This document shows, in pieces, positions 47,867-60,749 of a DNA stretch of 64,000 bases. A program made the position numbers and the translations under genes. The first letter of the stretch is position 1; every line of letters begins with the position of its first letter. The stretch comes from Paraspadella gotoi (taxonomy: Eukaryota; Animalia; Chaetognatha). Under the pieces are notes generated by a model. It did no database searches. It saw nothing but the letters and a program-made list of their open reading frames with translations, and was not told where the DNA came from. The stretch is taken from positions 28,059,778 to 28,123,777 of the forward strand of contig CM119264.1 of NCBI GenBank assembly GCA_051294375.1. The letters run 5' to 3'.

Positions 47867-50800
47867 GAGAGAGTTAAAAAAGGAAAGAAAAAAAAGTAAA
47901 GAAAAATTAAAAGAAAAAAAATAATTAAATAAATAAATAATTAAATAAATAAATAATTAAATAAAGAATTAAATAAATAAATAAATAATTAAATAAATAA
48001 ATAAATAAATAAATAAAAACAAATCAATCAATCAATAAAATAATCAATAAAATCAATCAAACCAATCAAATCAATCAAACCAATCAAATCAATCAAATCA
48101 ATCAAATCAATCAAATCAATCAAATCAATCAAATCAATCAATCACCCACTTACCAGACAAAATCATGTTATCCTCCGCAACGAACCTCACCTACGTCAGC
48201 GTCGTGGCTCCGGTTCCGGCGCCGAGAAATGATTGCGGCGCCATCGCGGACGGCGCCAGGCGCCGCGAGGAACCGACGTCGGCTTTTAATTCGTGCCAGA
48301 CCGACGAAATGTCGGCTTGTCGGTTTGCGGAGGCGAAAGAGGCGACGCTTCATCAGACCGACGTCGATGAAAGCGACGGAGCGCGAAAACTGACCTTACC
48401 CGTGACAGCGGCGTCGGTAACGGGCGACGCTGCAGCAGGAAAAATGGGTCAGTTTGTTTTTGCTTTTATGCCCGTCGAACCCTGAATTAGTTATTATTAT
48501 AGAATTGTCATAGTTATAACATTTTAATTATAAGTACGTCTAAAAATGCCTAATATTGTTAACATTTAGTTAAGTAATTTATCTCCTATTGAATTTAATT
48601 GTTTCATCTCCGTTTCAAAACGAGATTTTAGCGAGCAAAGCCTTGTATGAACTCAACGTAAAGATAATTCAGCTGATCAGTGACCTTGAAATCCTGTTTA
48701 AAGTTACGTCGCGCCGTTGGAAAGCTCAACTACGACTAAATTACGACATAACATGACACGTCTAGGACAAAACTTAAAATTTTGGATTTAGAATATGGTT
48801 TATAACTATATAACTATATATGGTTTATATATAAAGAGATTCATTCTTACTACACACCTAGAGACAACGCGATAGCAAACATTCCATCTTTCCAAGCGAT
48901 TGGCGATTAACCTAAAATTTTATAAAATTAAACTTACAATTAAGTTAAATTAAGTTAAATGCCGTTTGTATGTCATTTGTTTGAATAAAAATTGTTTCCT
49001 ATTCCACTTAATTTTAGTCTTACTAAAGCATATTTAAAGATCTTCATATTGATAATTAAGTACGTAAATATAAAATAATGATGATGATGATGACGACCCA
49101 TTGCGTTTTTCACTATTGTCAATTACTAAATTTATTATCAACTTTTTCAATCATTAATCCAAAACTAACTTGTCTGGGTAGTTGAATGGCAGCGAAAATT
49201 TTATCGTTATGTAAAAGGTGGATTACCTTGGAATCTTGTTTTCTGTTACGAAGTGGCAGCCTAAAATACTTCGCTTGCTAAGATAATAAGATGCAACTAT
49301 TGAAACAGATGTTTTGTTCATAACCAAATAATATCATTCCAGAATAATATCGTTCCAGAATCTTCTTCCTCTTCTGGAGTCATCTTCCTTAATCCTTTCC
49401 TCGATTTCCAAGTTTTATTCATCTGTGATGATATGTGAAGTCAGGAGGTCTAAAAAAGTAAGGCCTACAATGATCAGGCATTTACTGAATTGCTATTTGA
49501 CACATAAATCTCACACAAAATTAATTTAATCAGTGTAATTAATACATTTAATTCACATATTATATATAGTTACTGGTATAGTTCACATTCATTCATTCAT
49601 TCACAAACATTTTAATTGACTCCCTCATTCTATTAAAATAATTACGGTATCTCGAAATTGAAAAGGAAAACTTTACATTCCTTTTCTGTTATTGATAAAC
49701 TGACTATCAAATTAGTCCTTTTTTTTTTCTTAAGTCATTCGGCAATGATCTTGAAATCCAGCTTATGCCATTAAGTCTTTCTATTACGTAAACGATCTTT
49801 ACTTTTAGATACGTCAGACTGAGCAGAGAAAATTACATTCTTCCCAAAATAATTGTTTCAAATTCAAGGAAAGTTTAAGTTACGTCAAAGTACAAAATTG
49901 TTAGAGAGGCAAAAGATTGGAAAAGATTCTGTTATACAAATTTGTATTCATACTAAAAGCTCTCAAACCATAAACTATGTAAAATTCAAATATTTATCAG
50001 TAACGATAATAACTTTTCGAGATCGCAAAGTGCCCGTAGGATATTTGATTTATACGTTTACAAATTAAAAGAATTAGAATTTTTCCGGAATTTGTCGGTC
50101 TCCAGTTCAAGTTTCGCCAACATCCGGCGCCATCTTCCGGATTCCGGCGATGGAACCGCGACGTCGAAATCGGCGGCGTCAATCCTCTTCCGGTTTCCCT
50201 GGATTCCCCGGCGCCGGTCGACGAGCCTCTTCGGGGAAACAGGCCTTCAAGAGAAGGTGAGATTTGACGAGGAGAATCCTATTTAAAATAGACTATGCCA
50301 TTGTTCACGGTTCCCAAGACACCCCGTAAAAGAAAATAGAAATAACCCATTTTTGAAACACAAAAAATGAAAAATATATATAAGTATAAATATAAATAAA
50401 AATAAATATAAATATATATAAGTCAGGGACAAGATAGCTTATTTATTAAATGAATGGTGTGGAAGACGATGCCGCGAGCAGTTTACCGTCCGTTGCACAC
50501 AAGGTCCCGAACTTCGGATCGGGCTGTAGTCCGACACTACAGGTGGGTTAGACGCCCCGTCCCGCTTTTACTTGTGTGAATCAGCAGGGCGCGAACCCGA
50601 GTCCTTTGGGTTGGGAGGAGCTCGTGCTACCTCCGGCACCATAGGTGGTGCTGATTCTCGGACGAGTAGTGGGGTATGAAATACTACCACTACAATGGAT
50701 AATTTTTATATTGGTTGTACCAATTTCATAATGTTTTTACTACATCGAAGTGAAGTCAAAAAATTCTAATCAAAGCGAGTTTTTTTAATGAAATTTTAAA

Positions 50801-51027
50801 GTTTTGTTATAATTCTTCATACAAAATAATGAGAAAAATCATTATCTACTGAAAGAGAGCTTTAATTTGAAAATTTAAATTTAAAAAGTTGTAAACAGTC
50901 AAGATGTTAAGGGATTTTTAATATTTTAATTATTTATTTAATGATATTTTAATCTTCAGGATCAGTATTGATCTCTGCGCCGACGGATATTCCACTCTCT
51001 CCAGTTGCGGTTCCTCCGCTTATATGG
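46612..51027 (+). CDS. Multi-exon gene for an intrinsically disordered, Ser/Pro/charged protein of unknown function
   Basis: Exons 46612-46660 (MKKILKNKRHSTGDLF, gtgagt donor), 46787-47761 (caccag acceptor, in frame with ORF 46864-47772, poly-Pro), 48157-48447 (accag/gtcagt, ORF 48165-48485), 50106 or 50078-50256 (gtgaga donor) and 50960-~51027 (ttcag/gtaagt). These are GC-richer islands with compatible phases. Frame of the last two exons and both gene ends are uncertain. Confidence 0.55.
50458..50694 (-). mobile_element. Solo LTR (237 bp) with internal tRNA-like Pol III boxes, Helenus-type TRIM-like
   Basis: TG...CA termini; ATGG 4-bp TSD (50454-57, 50695-98); removing it restores the host repeat aatgaatggataatt seen at about 41665. 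The minus strand has A-box-like tggtgccggaggtagc and B-box-like gggttcgcgccc. Confidence 0.75.
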
Positions 51028-52339
51028 GTAAGTACCGACTTAAGTCACAGCGTTTCCTCTTGGTAAGTTACTTCATGATAAGTGAAAGTTTTCAATATGT
51101 TATTGAATTGAACTATGCTTTTTTTTCTCTCATACAAATAATGTGCGGTCTCTAATTAAAAATAAAAACAATGTTTTAATGATGAAATTATGCCAGCCGT
51201 TACTTATGAAGATCGAATATTGTGTAATCGCAGGACAAATAAATGGTGAGTAAAAGTTTTTTTAAGAGACAAATTCAAGTATAAAAAGCTGCTACGACGC
51301 CCACCGAATGACATTGAATTTTGATAGTTAAGACGATAAAAAGATTTGAAACAATATGACATTCACACAATATATGAGTATTGAGCAAGACTAATTGCAC
51401 TGATGGTACTAAAAATAAAAAATAAAATTCAAACAATTAAGGATCATTGCGGACATTGAAAGTTAAAGTAAAACAAATGAAAATTGAAAAAAAAAAACCT
51501 AGTGTTTGAAAATTTATTTCAGACAAATAATAAAGTTGAATTAATAGGGAAGTCGGTAAACAGTCATTCCCCGCGAACTAAAAGGAGTCTGACCCCAAAA
51601 ATGACCTTGATCTTCAAATACGTAACAAGTTCCTAAGTTAATTTTTTTTTTTATTGACTCGTCTTTCAACTTTATGTTCACCGCTTTTTCGTCTCTTCTT
51701 CTTCTTCTTCGACGTGAGTACTCGCGGAGCAACTCTATAAGTCACTTTTCGGTCGGTCTGTCGGTCGGTCAGTCTGTCGTTCTGTCTCTCATGTCTTTCC
51801 TATGTTAAATAAAGGAAAAAAATTTCAAATATTGTGGTCATGTAGTCCTGTTATATTACGTCATGTCTTGTTATGTCACGAGAAATGTTGGACGTAAACT
51901 CTCGTTGTAATTCATCGCTCTTAATTTACTTTTGTTGAAAAAATATAAATAATCAATATTTGTTTACAAACATTATTATTTCATTACTTTGTTTAATCTT
52001 GATTTCCTTTCATACAGATTGTAATAATATTAATTAGCCATCGTCGAGGTTTAGTATTGGTTTAACATGTTTAACATGTTTTAAGTTGAGTGAGAGACGA
52101 AAAAATCACTGCAGCGCAACACATTTGAATTACCGTTCTTGTTTCTATCCACGACAATGGAGGCACTAACCCGTCTATCCGGAAAGGTGAATTCCGCGAA
52201 AACCCACTTCTTTTGCGAACCTCATCTAGTTATGTAAGCGGGTAAGGCCCAAAATGTTTAAAAGCTGACGTCGAGGTCTCTCACCACCCAAAAAAAAATC
52301 CTAGACTTATTTAACTCACGGATCTGACATATCCTAGTC

Positions 52340-52362
52340 TATATATCTTAAACGATATATAA
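52340..52362 (+). promoter_or_regulatory. Candidate TATA elements of the knottin gene
   Basis: tatatat (52340) and gatatataa (52354) lie 25-47 bp upstream of the ATG; position only, TSS unknown. Confidence 0.35.
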
Positions 52363-52386
52363 CTCTCACTAATTCCGACAAACAAA

Positions 52387-52903
52387 ATGCGTTTCTTCAT
52401 CGCTGCTTTGGTTTTGAGCTTTTGCGTTTTCTCCGCACTGGTAAGTTGATCGCTCTGTTTCTCAAGGTTGTCGCATTTTCATTTTATTAATTTCAATTTT
52501 ATGAATATTTTATTGCGTGATTATTTTAGTTTTTTTTAAAAAACAAGCACATGCTTATATGTTTTTAATCAATCGTTTAATCTAGAATTAAATTATCTTA
52601 CAGACTCCAGAGGCGGAGTCTCGGTATTTAGCTAATCTGGTCAAGCGATTGGAAAAAGTCGTCAGTTCCCTGGAGCGAATGGAAAGAGGAAGCTGCATCG
52701 CTCTTGGTGGAACCGGATGCGAAAGCAACAATGCCAAATGCTGTAGAAAGGGAGATCCATACACCGGAACCATGAGGAAATGCGACAATGTGTAAGCGGA
52801 CGATGTTGTGTTATCAGTATTACTACAAAAGCTAATCCCTAATTATTATTTTTATTTCAGCGGTTCATTTTCGGCTCCCGTTTACAAATGCGTAGAAGCG
52901 TGA
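52387..52903 (+). CDS. Secreted inhibitor-cystine-knot (knottin) toxin-like prepropeptide, 94 aa, 3 exons (52387-52440, 52604-52791, 52861-52903)
   Basis: MRFFIAALVLSFCVFSAL|TPEAESRYLANLVKRLEKVVSSLERMER-GSCIALGGTGCESNNAKCCRKGDPYTGTMRKCDNV|GSFSAPVYKCVEA*. Hydrophobic signal peptide; propeptide with KR ending in ER; Cys framework C-X7-C-X6-CC-X12-C-X12-C; canonical gtaagt/cag and gtaagc/cag introns. Confidence 0.9.
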
Positions 52904-53025
52904 AATTGATTTCCGATTTTTTAGCCATCAGCTGATTGTAAATTTGTAAATTCAGTCGAAATTATTGATGTTCATACGTAATTGATGTGAATCGTTGTTT
53001 GTAAGTTGCTATAAAATATTATGAT

Positions 53026-53031
53026 AATAAA
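53026..53031 (+). terminator. Polyadenylation signal of the knottin gene
   Basis: First AATAAA, about 120 bp after the TGA stop. Confidence 0.55.
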
Positions 53032-53439
53032 ACCGTTAATTTTCCATACTTTAGTTCATTCGACCTCGAAAATGTCAACTTGACCGCCACTAAAATTAGA
53101 ATAAAAGTTGGATTGATTAAATCAAGTTTCTAGAAATTGTTAAAGAAGACTAAAATAAACTACATGATACATTAACTACATTTTAAACAACCATATAACT
53201 TAATATTGATTCATACTAATTTATATAACATTATCTCCCAACGTGTACTTTTAATCAACTACCAAACTTTTTTTAGTATTAAAAACTGAAGTACCGAAGT
53301 GATGTAATATTTTTAACTGTTTTACTAGTTGGATAAAAGGACAACTCCCAGACTTGGAGTAATTGTTTATTTGTTAAGTAATTAACCAGTACAATAAATT
53401 AAAATTTGGACCTCAGTGACAAATCTCGTGAAGCGCTCG

Positions 53440-54200
53440 CCTTTTTCTTTCTTACTTCTTCCATTTTCTTCCTTTCTCTTTTCCACCTTCCTTTTTCTCT
53501 TTCCCTTTCTTTCTTTTTTCTTTTTCTCTTTTCTTCCTTTCTCTTTCTCCACCTTCTTTTTCTCTTTCCTTTCTTTCTTTCTTCTTTTTCTCTTTTTCTT
53601 TCTTTTTCTTTCTTTTCCACCTTCCTTTTTTCTTTTTCCTCTCTTTCTTTCTTCTGTTTCTCTTTTTTCTTCCTTTCTCTTTCCACCTTCCTTTTTTCTC
53701 TTTCTTCCTTTATTTTTTTCTTTTCTCTTTTTCCTTCCTTTCTCTTTTCCACCTTCTTTTTCTCTTTCCTTTCTTTCTTTCTTCTTTTTCCTCTTTCTTC
53801 CTTTCTCTTTTCCACCTTCCTTTTTTCTTTTTCCTTCTTCTTTCTTCTTTTTCTCTTTCTTCCTTTCTCTTTCCCTCCTTTTTTTTCTTCCTCTTTTCTT
53901 TTCTCTTCTTTCTTCTTTTTCTCTTTTTCTTCCTTTCTCTTTCCTTTTCCCTTTTTCTTTCTCTTTTCTTCTTTATTTTTTTTCTTTTTTCTTTTCTTCC
54001 CTTCTTCTTTCCTTTCCACCTTCTTTTTTTTCTCTTTTTCTTTCTTTCTTTTTTCCACCTTCCTTTTCTTCTTTCCCTCTCTTTTTTCTTTCTTTTTCTC
54101 TTTTTCTTCCTTTCTTCTTTTCCACCTTCCTTTTTTCTTTTTCCTCTCTTTCTTTCTTTTTTTCCTCTTTCTCTTTTTTTCTTCTCTCCTGCCATCTTCC
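53440..54200 (+). repeat. Polypyrimidine minisatellite, ~60-bp unit anchored on tttccaccttc (copies 59901-60570 and inverted 62830-63610)
   Basis: Strictly C/T strand with recurring ccacctt; source of all K/E/R-rich and F/S/L-rich ORFs. Confidence 0.92.
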
Positions 54201-55262
54201 CCCTGCCGGCTTCCCACAAATGAATTGAAAACGTACCACGAGGGGCGACGTAATCTTTTTGTTTTTGTTTTTCCTACTTTCTCTCTCTCTCTCTCTCTCT
54301 ATCTCTCTCACTCTCACTCTCACTCTCTCCTTCTCTCCTCCCTCTCTCTCTCTCTCTCTCTCTCAGAGGAGACGAGATTAACCCGGTTTTTCTTAATTGA
54401 AAACTTTATTAAGGGAAATTAGAAAACGACAAAAGAAAGAAAAAAATCCGGAACCTGATTGTGGTTTTTTTTGTTTTTTGTTTTGTTTTGTTTTGTTTTG
54501 CGTCGTCGTCGTCGTTGTTCCCTTTTTGGTTGGCGACCCTCATGGCCTTCATCGAATGTCAAGTCGTAAGGGGCCGACGGAACTAAACGAAGAAATAAAA
54601 TAGAAAATTAAATGAATTAATTTGAAAATTAATGAAGTGACTGTTAGATTGGAGCTCTGGGGAACGAAACGTTTTTGAGTGAACAAACAAGGATATTCAG
54701 ACGAGAGATAATATGATTATTTTTTTTTTTCTGAAATAAAAGAGACAAAAATATTTTGCTCCTATTGTTTGGGAAAAAGTATCATAAAATGCAATATATT
54801 TATAGTAATATCATTATAAAATATAAATTTCAAAACATTTTTGAAAATTTTTATTACAGATTCCGATTCTTAATAAAAAGTTAAACCAAAAAACATGTGT
54901 ATTAAAAAATTCCCATGTCTCAGACTATAGTCTAAATTTAGAGTACATTGTGAAGAGCATTTGCGGATTTATATTACGAAAAACAATTGAACTAAAGTGT
55001 TACGAACTGCAGCTTACAAACGTATAAACGTATAAAATATAATTATAATTATAAACGTACAAACGTTTAAAAAAAATCTTAATTTTTCTTGTTCGATATC
55101 ACGTTGTAACGATACAATGTAACTTACCCTGTTACGTCATCGATTTCAAACGCAAATTTTCTTTCAACCATCTCTTCCAATTGTTATTGTTCTGTCCTCT
55201 GCTTAAAATTATTAGACCTTTTATTAAATTGCCCATTTTAAGAAGGACCACCACTTTTCTCC

Positions 55263-55349
<87 letters not shown>

Positions 55350-56021
55350 CCTTTCTCGAACTCAATTTCTTTAGAAGCACTTGTTTTGCTTTGACTTTTG
55401 TTAATATCATTAAAGAATAATAAAAGCTTTAAAATGAGATTAGTTTTTAACCTTTATTTTACTTTTTTTTTTCATTTTTTTTTTCTTATTCGTTTTATGG
55501 TTGATGCGTTGCTTAAGTTCATGAGTGAATTAGGAAGCGACAATTATACTGTATCCTTCCTTTAACTATTTTTCTTTTGCTTTCTTATCCTTTGATCTTC
55601 TCCTCTCCTCTCCCTCCTCTCTCTCCTCCTCTCTCTCTCTCTCTCTCTCTCTCCTTCTCTCTCTCTCTCTCTCTCTCTCTGTTTCTGATAATATTCATCC
55701 AACGTTCGGTTCTCAACCAAAAAAAACCCAAAGTATTAAAAATAAAGAAATGTTTCCCTTTCTTCTTCCTTTGAAAATTTCCAACTCTGTCGTTTATCTC
55801 AATTAAGAAGGAAATAAAGTCGACATTATATTCTTTTTCCAAAATATTAAAACTTTGATTAAAAACTTTAAAAATAACAAAAGAAAAACACACGACGTTT
55901 AAATATAAAAACTAAAAAACTTCAAGAACGCTGACAAAAAAAATTACGTTTTATGTTAACTTCAAGTTTTCAAGGCGACAATCAACAGACAAGAAAATAT
56001 TTTTTTTCATTCTGAAAAGAT

Positions 56022-56272
56022 AAAAATTGGCTCTATTTTCCGAAAGCGCCCCTGTTCTGTTTCTAATCCCTGAACTCTCAAATATCTAACCTAAATTTCA
56101 TACTCTAATTTCACAACAAAATCATTAACCTATTTGTTAATCTTCACTCCCAACCCTAATATTAATACTTAAACCTAATCCTTAATAAAATCTAAACAAA
56201 TCTTCAAACCTAAATACTAATTTCTAAATTTAACCTGAAATGGGATTCTTTTGGAAATAAAAGCCAAGTTTT
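56022..56272. mobile_element. Small MITE-like element with degenerate (CCCTAA)-like interior
   Basis: Imperfect ~25-bp TIR aaaattggctctattttccgaaag / cttttggaaataaaagccaagtttt. Confidence 0.5.
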
Positions 56273-57231
56273 CCAGAGCCTCATTTCGCCTCTTGTCGTC
56301 ACCTCAAAGAATAAACAAAACAATGAACTTTTTTTATTTTTTTATTTTCAAGTTGACAACTTGTTTACACTAAGAAATAATAGAATATTGTTACAAATAT
56401 TTCACATTTTTTCTCCCTTTTTTCCGCGCATTTTTTTTAGTAATTACTTCTAATTTAGTAAGATATCTTGTACATATAATGTTCTATATTAATTATATTG
56501 ATTATTTTTTTATCAATTTTAAAGTTAAATATTTTCTTGGAGTCGAGCGTCCAACACAATCGCTCTTGTCCACCTCGACCGCGCAGCTAATTGACTGTCG
56601 TCGTCGTCGTCTTCGTCGTCGTCGTCGTCTTCGTCGTCGTCGTCGTCGTCGTCATTGTCGTCGTTTTCCTTTGCTTTCCATCACGACTCATTCGAGTTTC
56701 ATTTTTTGCTCTCTCTTACTTTCGCTTTCAATTTTATAAAAATTTTCATCGATTTTCGTTACAAGATTCGACTTCGAAAATTGAAAAAAGAACCCGACGG
56801 CCGAAAAGGAAAAAGTTTTCTTCGTCGCGCGAGCGAAATAAAAGATTGTTGTTGGTTGTTGTTGTTGTTGTAGTTGTTGTTGTTGTTGTTGTTGTTGTTG
56901 ACGTAGTCTTGGTCGTCAATAATTTCGTAATATTTTATTTCATTTTGACGTCATAGCAAATTAACGATTTTTTATTCTTTTTTTTTCTATTTTAATTTCT
57001 TTTTTAATCTTCAATTTTTCTTGTGAAATTCGATTCACATTTTCTTTCACTGTCGATAATTGATCTTCTTCGTCTCTCGTTCCACAATTATTTGTTTTCT
57101 CTTCGTCGTCGTCGTCGTCGTCGTCGTTCTCTCGTCGTCGTCGTCGTCGTTCTCGTCGTAGTTGTCGTCGACGTCATCCTTATCGTCGTCATCTCTGTCG
57201 CCGGATTTATCGAGTCATCGTATATTTCTTT

Positions 57232-57279
<48 letters not shown>

Positions 57280-57384
57280 TCTTTCGCGTCATCGGGTTCC
57301 ACCCTCTCTTCTGTTACCAGTCAACGTCTCCTGTCTCTCTTTTCTTTTTTTCTTTCTTTTCTTTTCTTTTCTTTCTTTCTTTTC

Positions 57385-57416
<32 letters not shown>

Positions 57417-57811
57417 CTTTTCTTTCTCTCATTTATTTTCTTTTTTTTCCTTTATTTCATTTCTTCTTCCTTTTCTTTTCTTTTCTTTTTTTCACTCTTC
57501 TTTCTCTTCTATTTTTCTTTTCTTTTCCCGAATCTTTCTTTAGCCTCTTCTTTTCTTTTTTTCCTTCTCTTTTCCTTATCTTCCTCTCCTCTCTTTCTTT
57601 CAATTTTCTCATCGCCTCCTCTTTTCCTCCTCTACTATTTCCTTTTTCTTTTCTTTCCTCCGTTCACATTCTCTTTTCCTCCTTTATTTTCAACGATAAA
57701 ATTTTTCTGTTTCTTTTTTTCCTTCTTAAGCTTTTTCCTCCGAAGTTGAAAGCGATAAACCCACGATTTACTTTCGCATCGATCACGATCTCTCTCTCTC
57801 TCTCTCTCTCT

Positions 57812-57852
<41 letters not shown>

Positions 57853-58554
57853 CTCTCTCTCTCTCTCTCTCAACCGCCCAACCATTCCCGAACCGTTTCT
57901 CTTATCCTCCCTCCGAATTTCTTAATCTCCAAAACTTCCCTTTTTTTTTCTCTCAAATTTCCTTTTTTTCTTTTTTTTTCTTTTTTTTTTTTATCTCGAT
58001 GACGTCAACTTTTTCTTTGTCTCATTTTGACGAAAATCGGATCCCGTATCACTCGACGGAGACAGAGTCGCTTTGTGAGGTGACACGGTCCACGCCGAAG
58101 ATTCCACGCTTTGACGTCGCACTTTTGCCACGGTCACACGGAACAAGATGTCCCTGTTTGACGTTCCCTTTTGCCCACGTCACACGGCAAAGATAACACG
58201 GTTTGACGTTAACATTTTTGCCACGATCGTCGCACGCCGGAAGTTGTCACAGTTTAACCTTCCTTTTTACCTCAGTCAAACGTTGTGTCACGGTGAAGCG
58301 TCACCTTTGTCACGGTCAAATTCCAGTTTGTCACGGTCAAACGTCACCGTTCTTCAGTCTTGTTTGACGTCGCGAAAAGGCGAAAAATCCACTGATTAAT
58401 TTTTTTGTGACTTCATTTCGAGGTGGCGTTTGTCTCTTTTGTTTGTTAGTTGTTGTTGTTGTTGTCGTTGTTGTTGTTGCTGTTGTTGTCCGTCGTGTTG
58501 TCGTGTCGTTACGGTCGATTATCTAACGTCTCTGAGATAATTATTCTGAGAGGA

Positions 58555-58618
<64 letters not shown>

Positions 58619-59900
58619 TTATTATTATTATTATTATATTATTATTATACATTTATTATTTCAGTATTATTAATATTATTATTTAAAAATTGTTACTGCA
58701 TCACCACGAATAGAATTAACAAAGTCGAATTCACCTTTTCATGCTTTACTTTTTTATTGCGAGACATAAAATCTTAACTCTTCAACCTTAAACCCTAAAA
58801 CCTTTTTATCTTTAAACGCGAAACATCTTGAACTCGGAAGGACTTTCACCGCAAAAGGAGGGTTTCTTATTTATCAATAAAAGGCGCTATTTCTAACTAT
58901 GATATGTCTTTATATCAATGTGCTTGAGCCTAAGAAACTACTTATTTTGCCTGTTACTATGTATTTCTTGTTACTATGAATACGCTTTTGCAATCAATGT
59001 GCTTGAGCCTTAAAACTATCTGTTTATATCTTGTTATTAATTATTTCTTGTAACTATGATATTTCTTTGCAATCAATATGCTAGATTGCTTTTGCTTCAT
59101 TTCTAAAACGGTCACTTTATTATCAGCTTCCTTGTTACGTCATCTTGATCAATTTGCGGTGACGACTGACCGGACCGCCATCTGTTTGTCGTCAAAATCA
59201 CGGTTGCCCTCATCGACGAAAAGGCAATGAAATTCCAAATTAGGCAGCGGAGTCTCAGAAACGGATATTCCCAATCTTACTGAAGAATCTTTTGAGTGAA
59301 AGTTGCGCAAACATTTTCTTATACGAATGGAAAACGTTGCACATCGATAAAGCATTTGACATTATTCATTATTCACCTTTACGGCAAAATGCAAAGACAA
59401 TTTATTGATATAGAGAAACAAAAGCGTTCGTCAAAAGGATTTTTTGAGGAGGGGCAGCTGCGGCCTTAAAACTTTTCACTTTTTCCGCCTTTGAATTTTA
59501 ATTAGGATAATTAGCTTGAGGTATTTTTTTTTATAATCAAACGTTTCCTTTCTATTTAATATATTTTGTATTGTTACTGTATTAATCGTTTAAAGTATAA
59601 TAATTGCAGTTTTATACTATCATTAACTTCATTTAATTTAAAAACAATTCGTTGAATCTTCTTGTCCTCTCCAGATTTTTTTTTCTCAATAATTTTTTCC
59701 AAACGACGGCCGACCTTTTTCGAATTTTTTTCCTCTTTTTTTCGGTTTTAATGAAAAGACCTTGCATTTTTGTTTCGTAGTAATTAGCGAATTACTTTGA
59801 ATTTATTCCTCGGAGATTGGATAATGGAGAGAGAGAGAGAGAGAGATGAGAGGGGAGAGAAGAGAGAAGAGAGAGNNNNNNNNNNNNNNNNNNNNNNNNN

Positions 59901-60715
59901 TTTTTCTTCCTTTCTCTTTTCCACCTTCTTTTTTCTCTTTCCTTTCTTTCTTTCTTCTTTTTCTCTTTTTCTTTCTTTTTCTTTCTTTTCCACCTTCCTT
60001 TTTTCTTTTTCCTCTCTTTCTTTCTTCTTTTCTCTTTTTTCTTCCTTTCTCTTTTCCACCTTCCTTTTTTCTCTTTCTTCTCTTTATTTTTTTCTTTTCT
60101 CTTTTTCTTCCTTTCTCTTTTCCACCTTCTTTTTCTCTTTCCTTTCTTTCTTTCTCTTTTTCCTCTTTTCTTCCTTTCTCTTTTCCACCTTCCTTTTTTC
60201 TTTTTCCTTCTTCTTTCTTCTTTTTCTCTTTCTTCCTTTCCTTTCTCCTTTTTTTTCTTCCTCTTTTCTTTTTCTTTCTTTCTTCTTTTTCTCTTTTTCC
60301 TTCCTTTCTCTTTCCTTTTCCCTTTTTCTTTCTCTTTTCTTTCTTTTTTTTTTTCTTTTTTCTTTTCTTCCCTTTCTCTTTCCTCCACCTTCTTTTTTTT
60401 CTCTTTTTCTTTTCTTTTCTTTTTTCCACCTTCCTTTTCTTTTTCCCTCTCTTTTTTCTTCTTTTTTCCTCTTTTTCTTTCTTCCTTTCTTCTTTTCCAC
60501 CTTCCTTATTTTCTTTTTCCTCTCTTTCTTTCTTCTTTTTCCCTCTTTCTCTTTTTTTCTCTCTTCCTGCCATCTTCCCCCTGCCGCCTTCCCACAAATG
60601 AAATTGAAAACGTCCACGAGGGGCGACGTAATCTTTTTTGTTTTGTTTTTCCTACTCTCTCTCTCTCTCTCTCTCTCACTCTCTCTCACTCTCACTCTCA
60701 CTCTCTCTCTCTCTC

Positions 60716-60749
<34 letters not shown>

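Noticed and set aside
59149-59355. 68-aa minus-strand ORF
   Set aside because: No recognisable motif and no supported splice partners; may be an exon, but I cannot support it.
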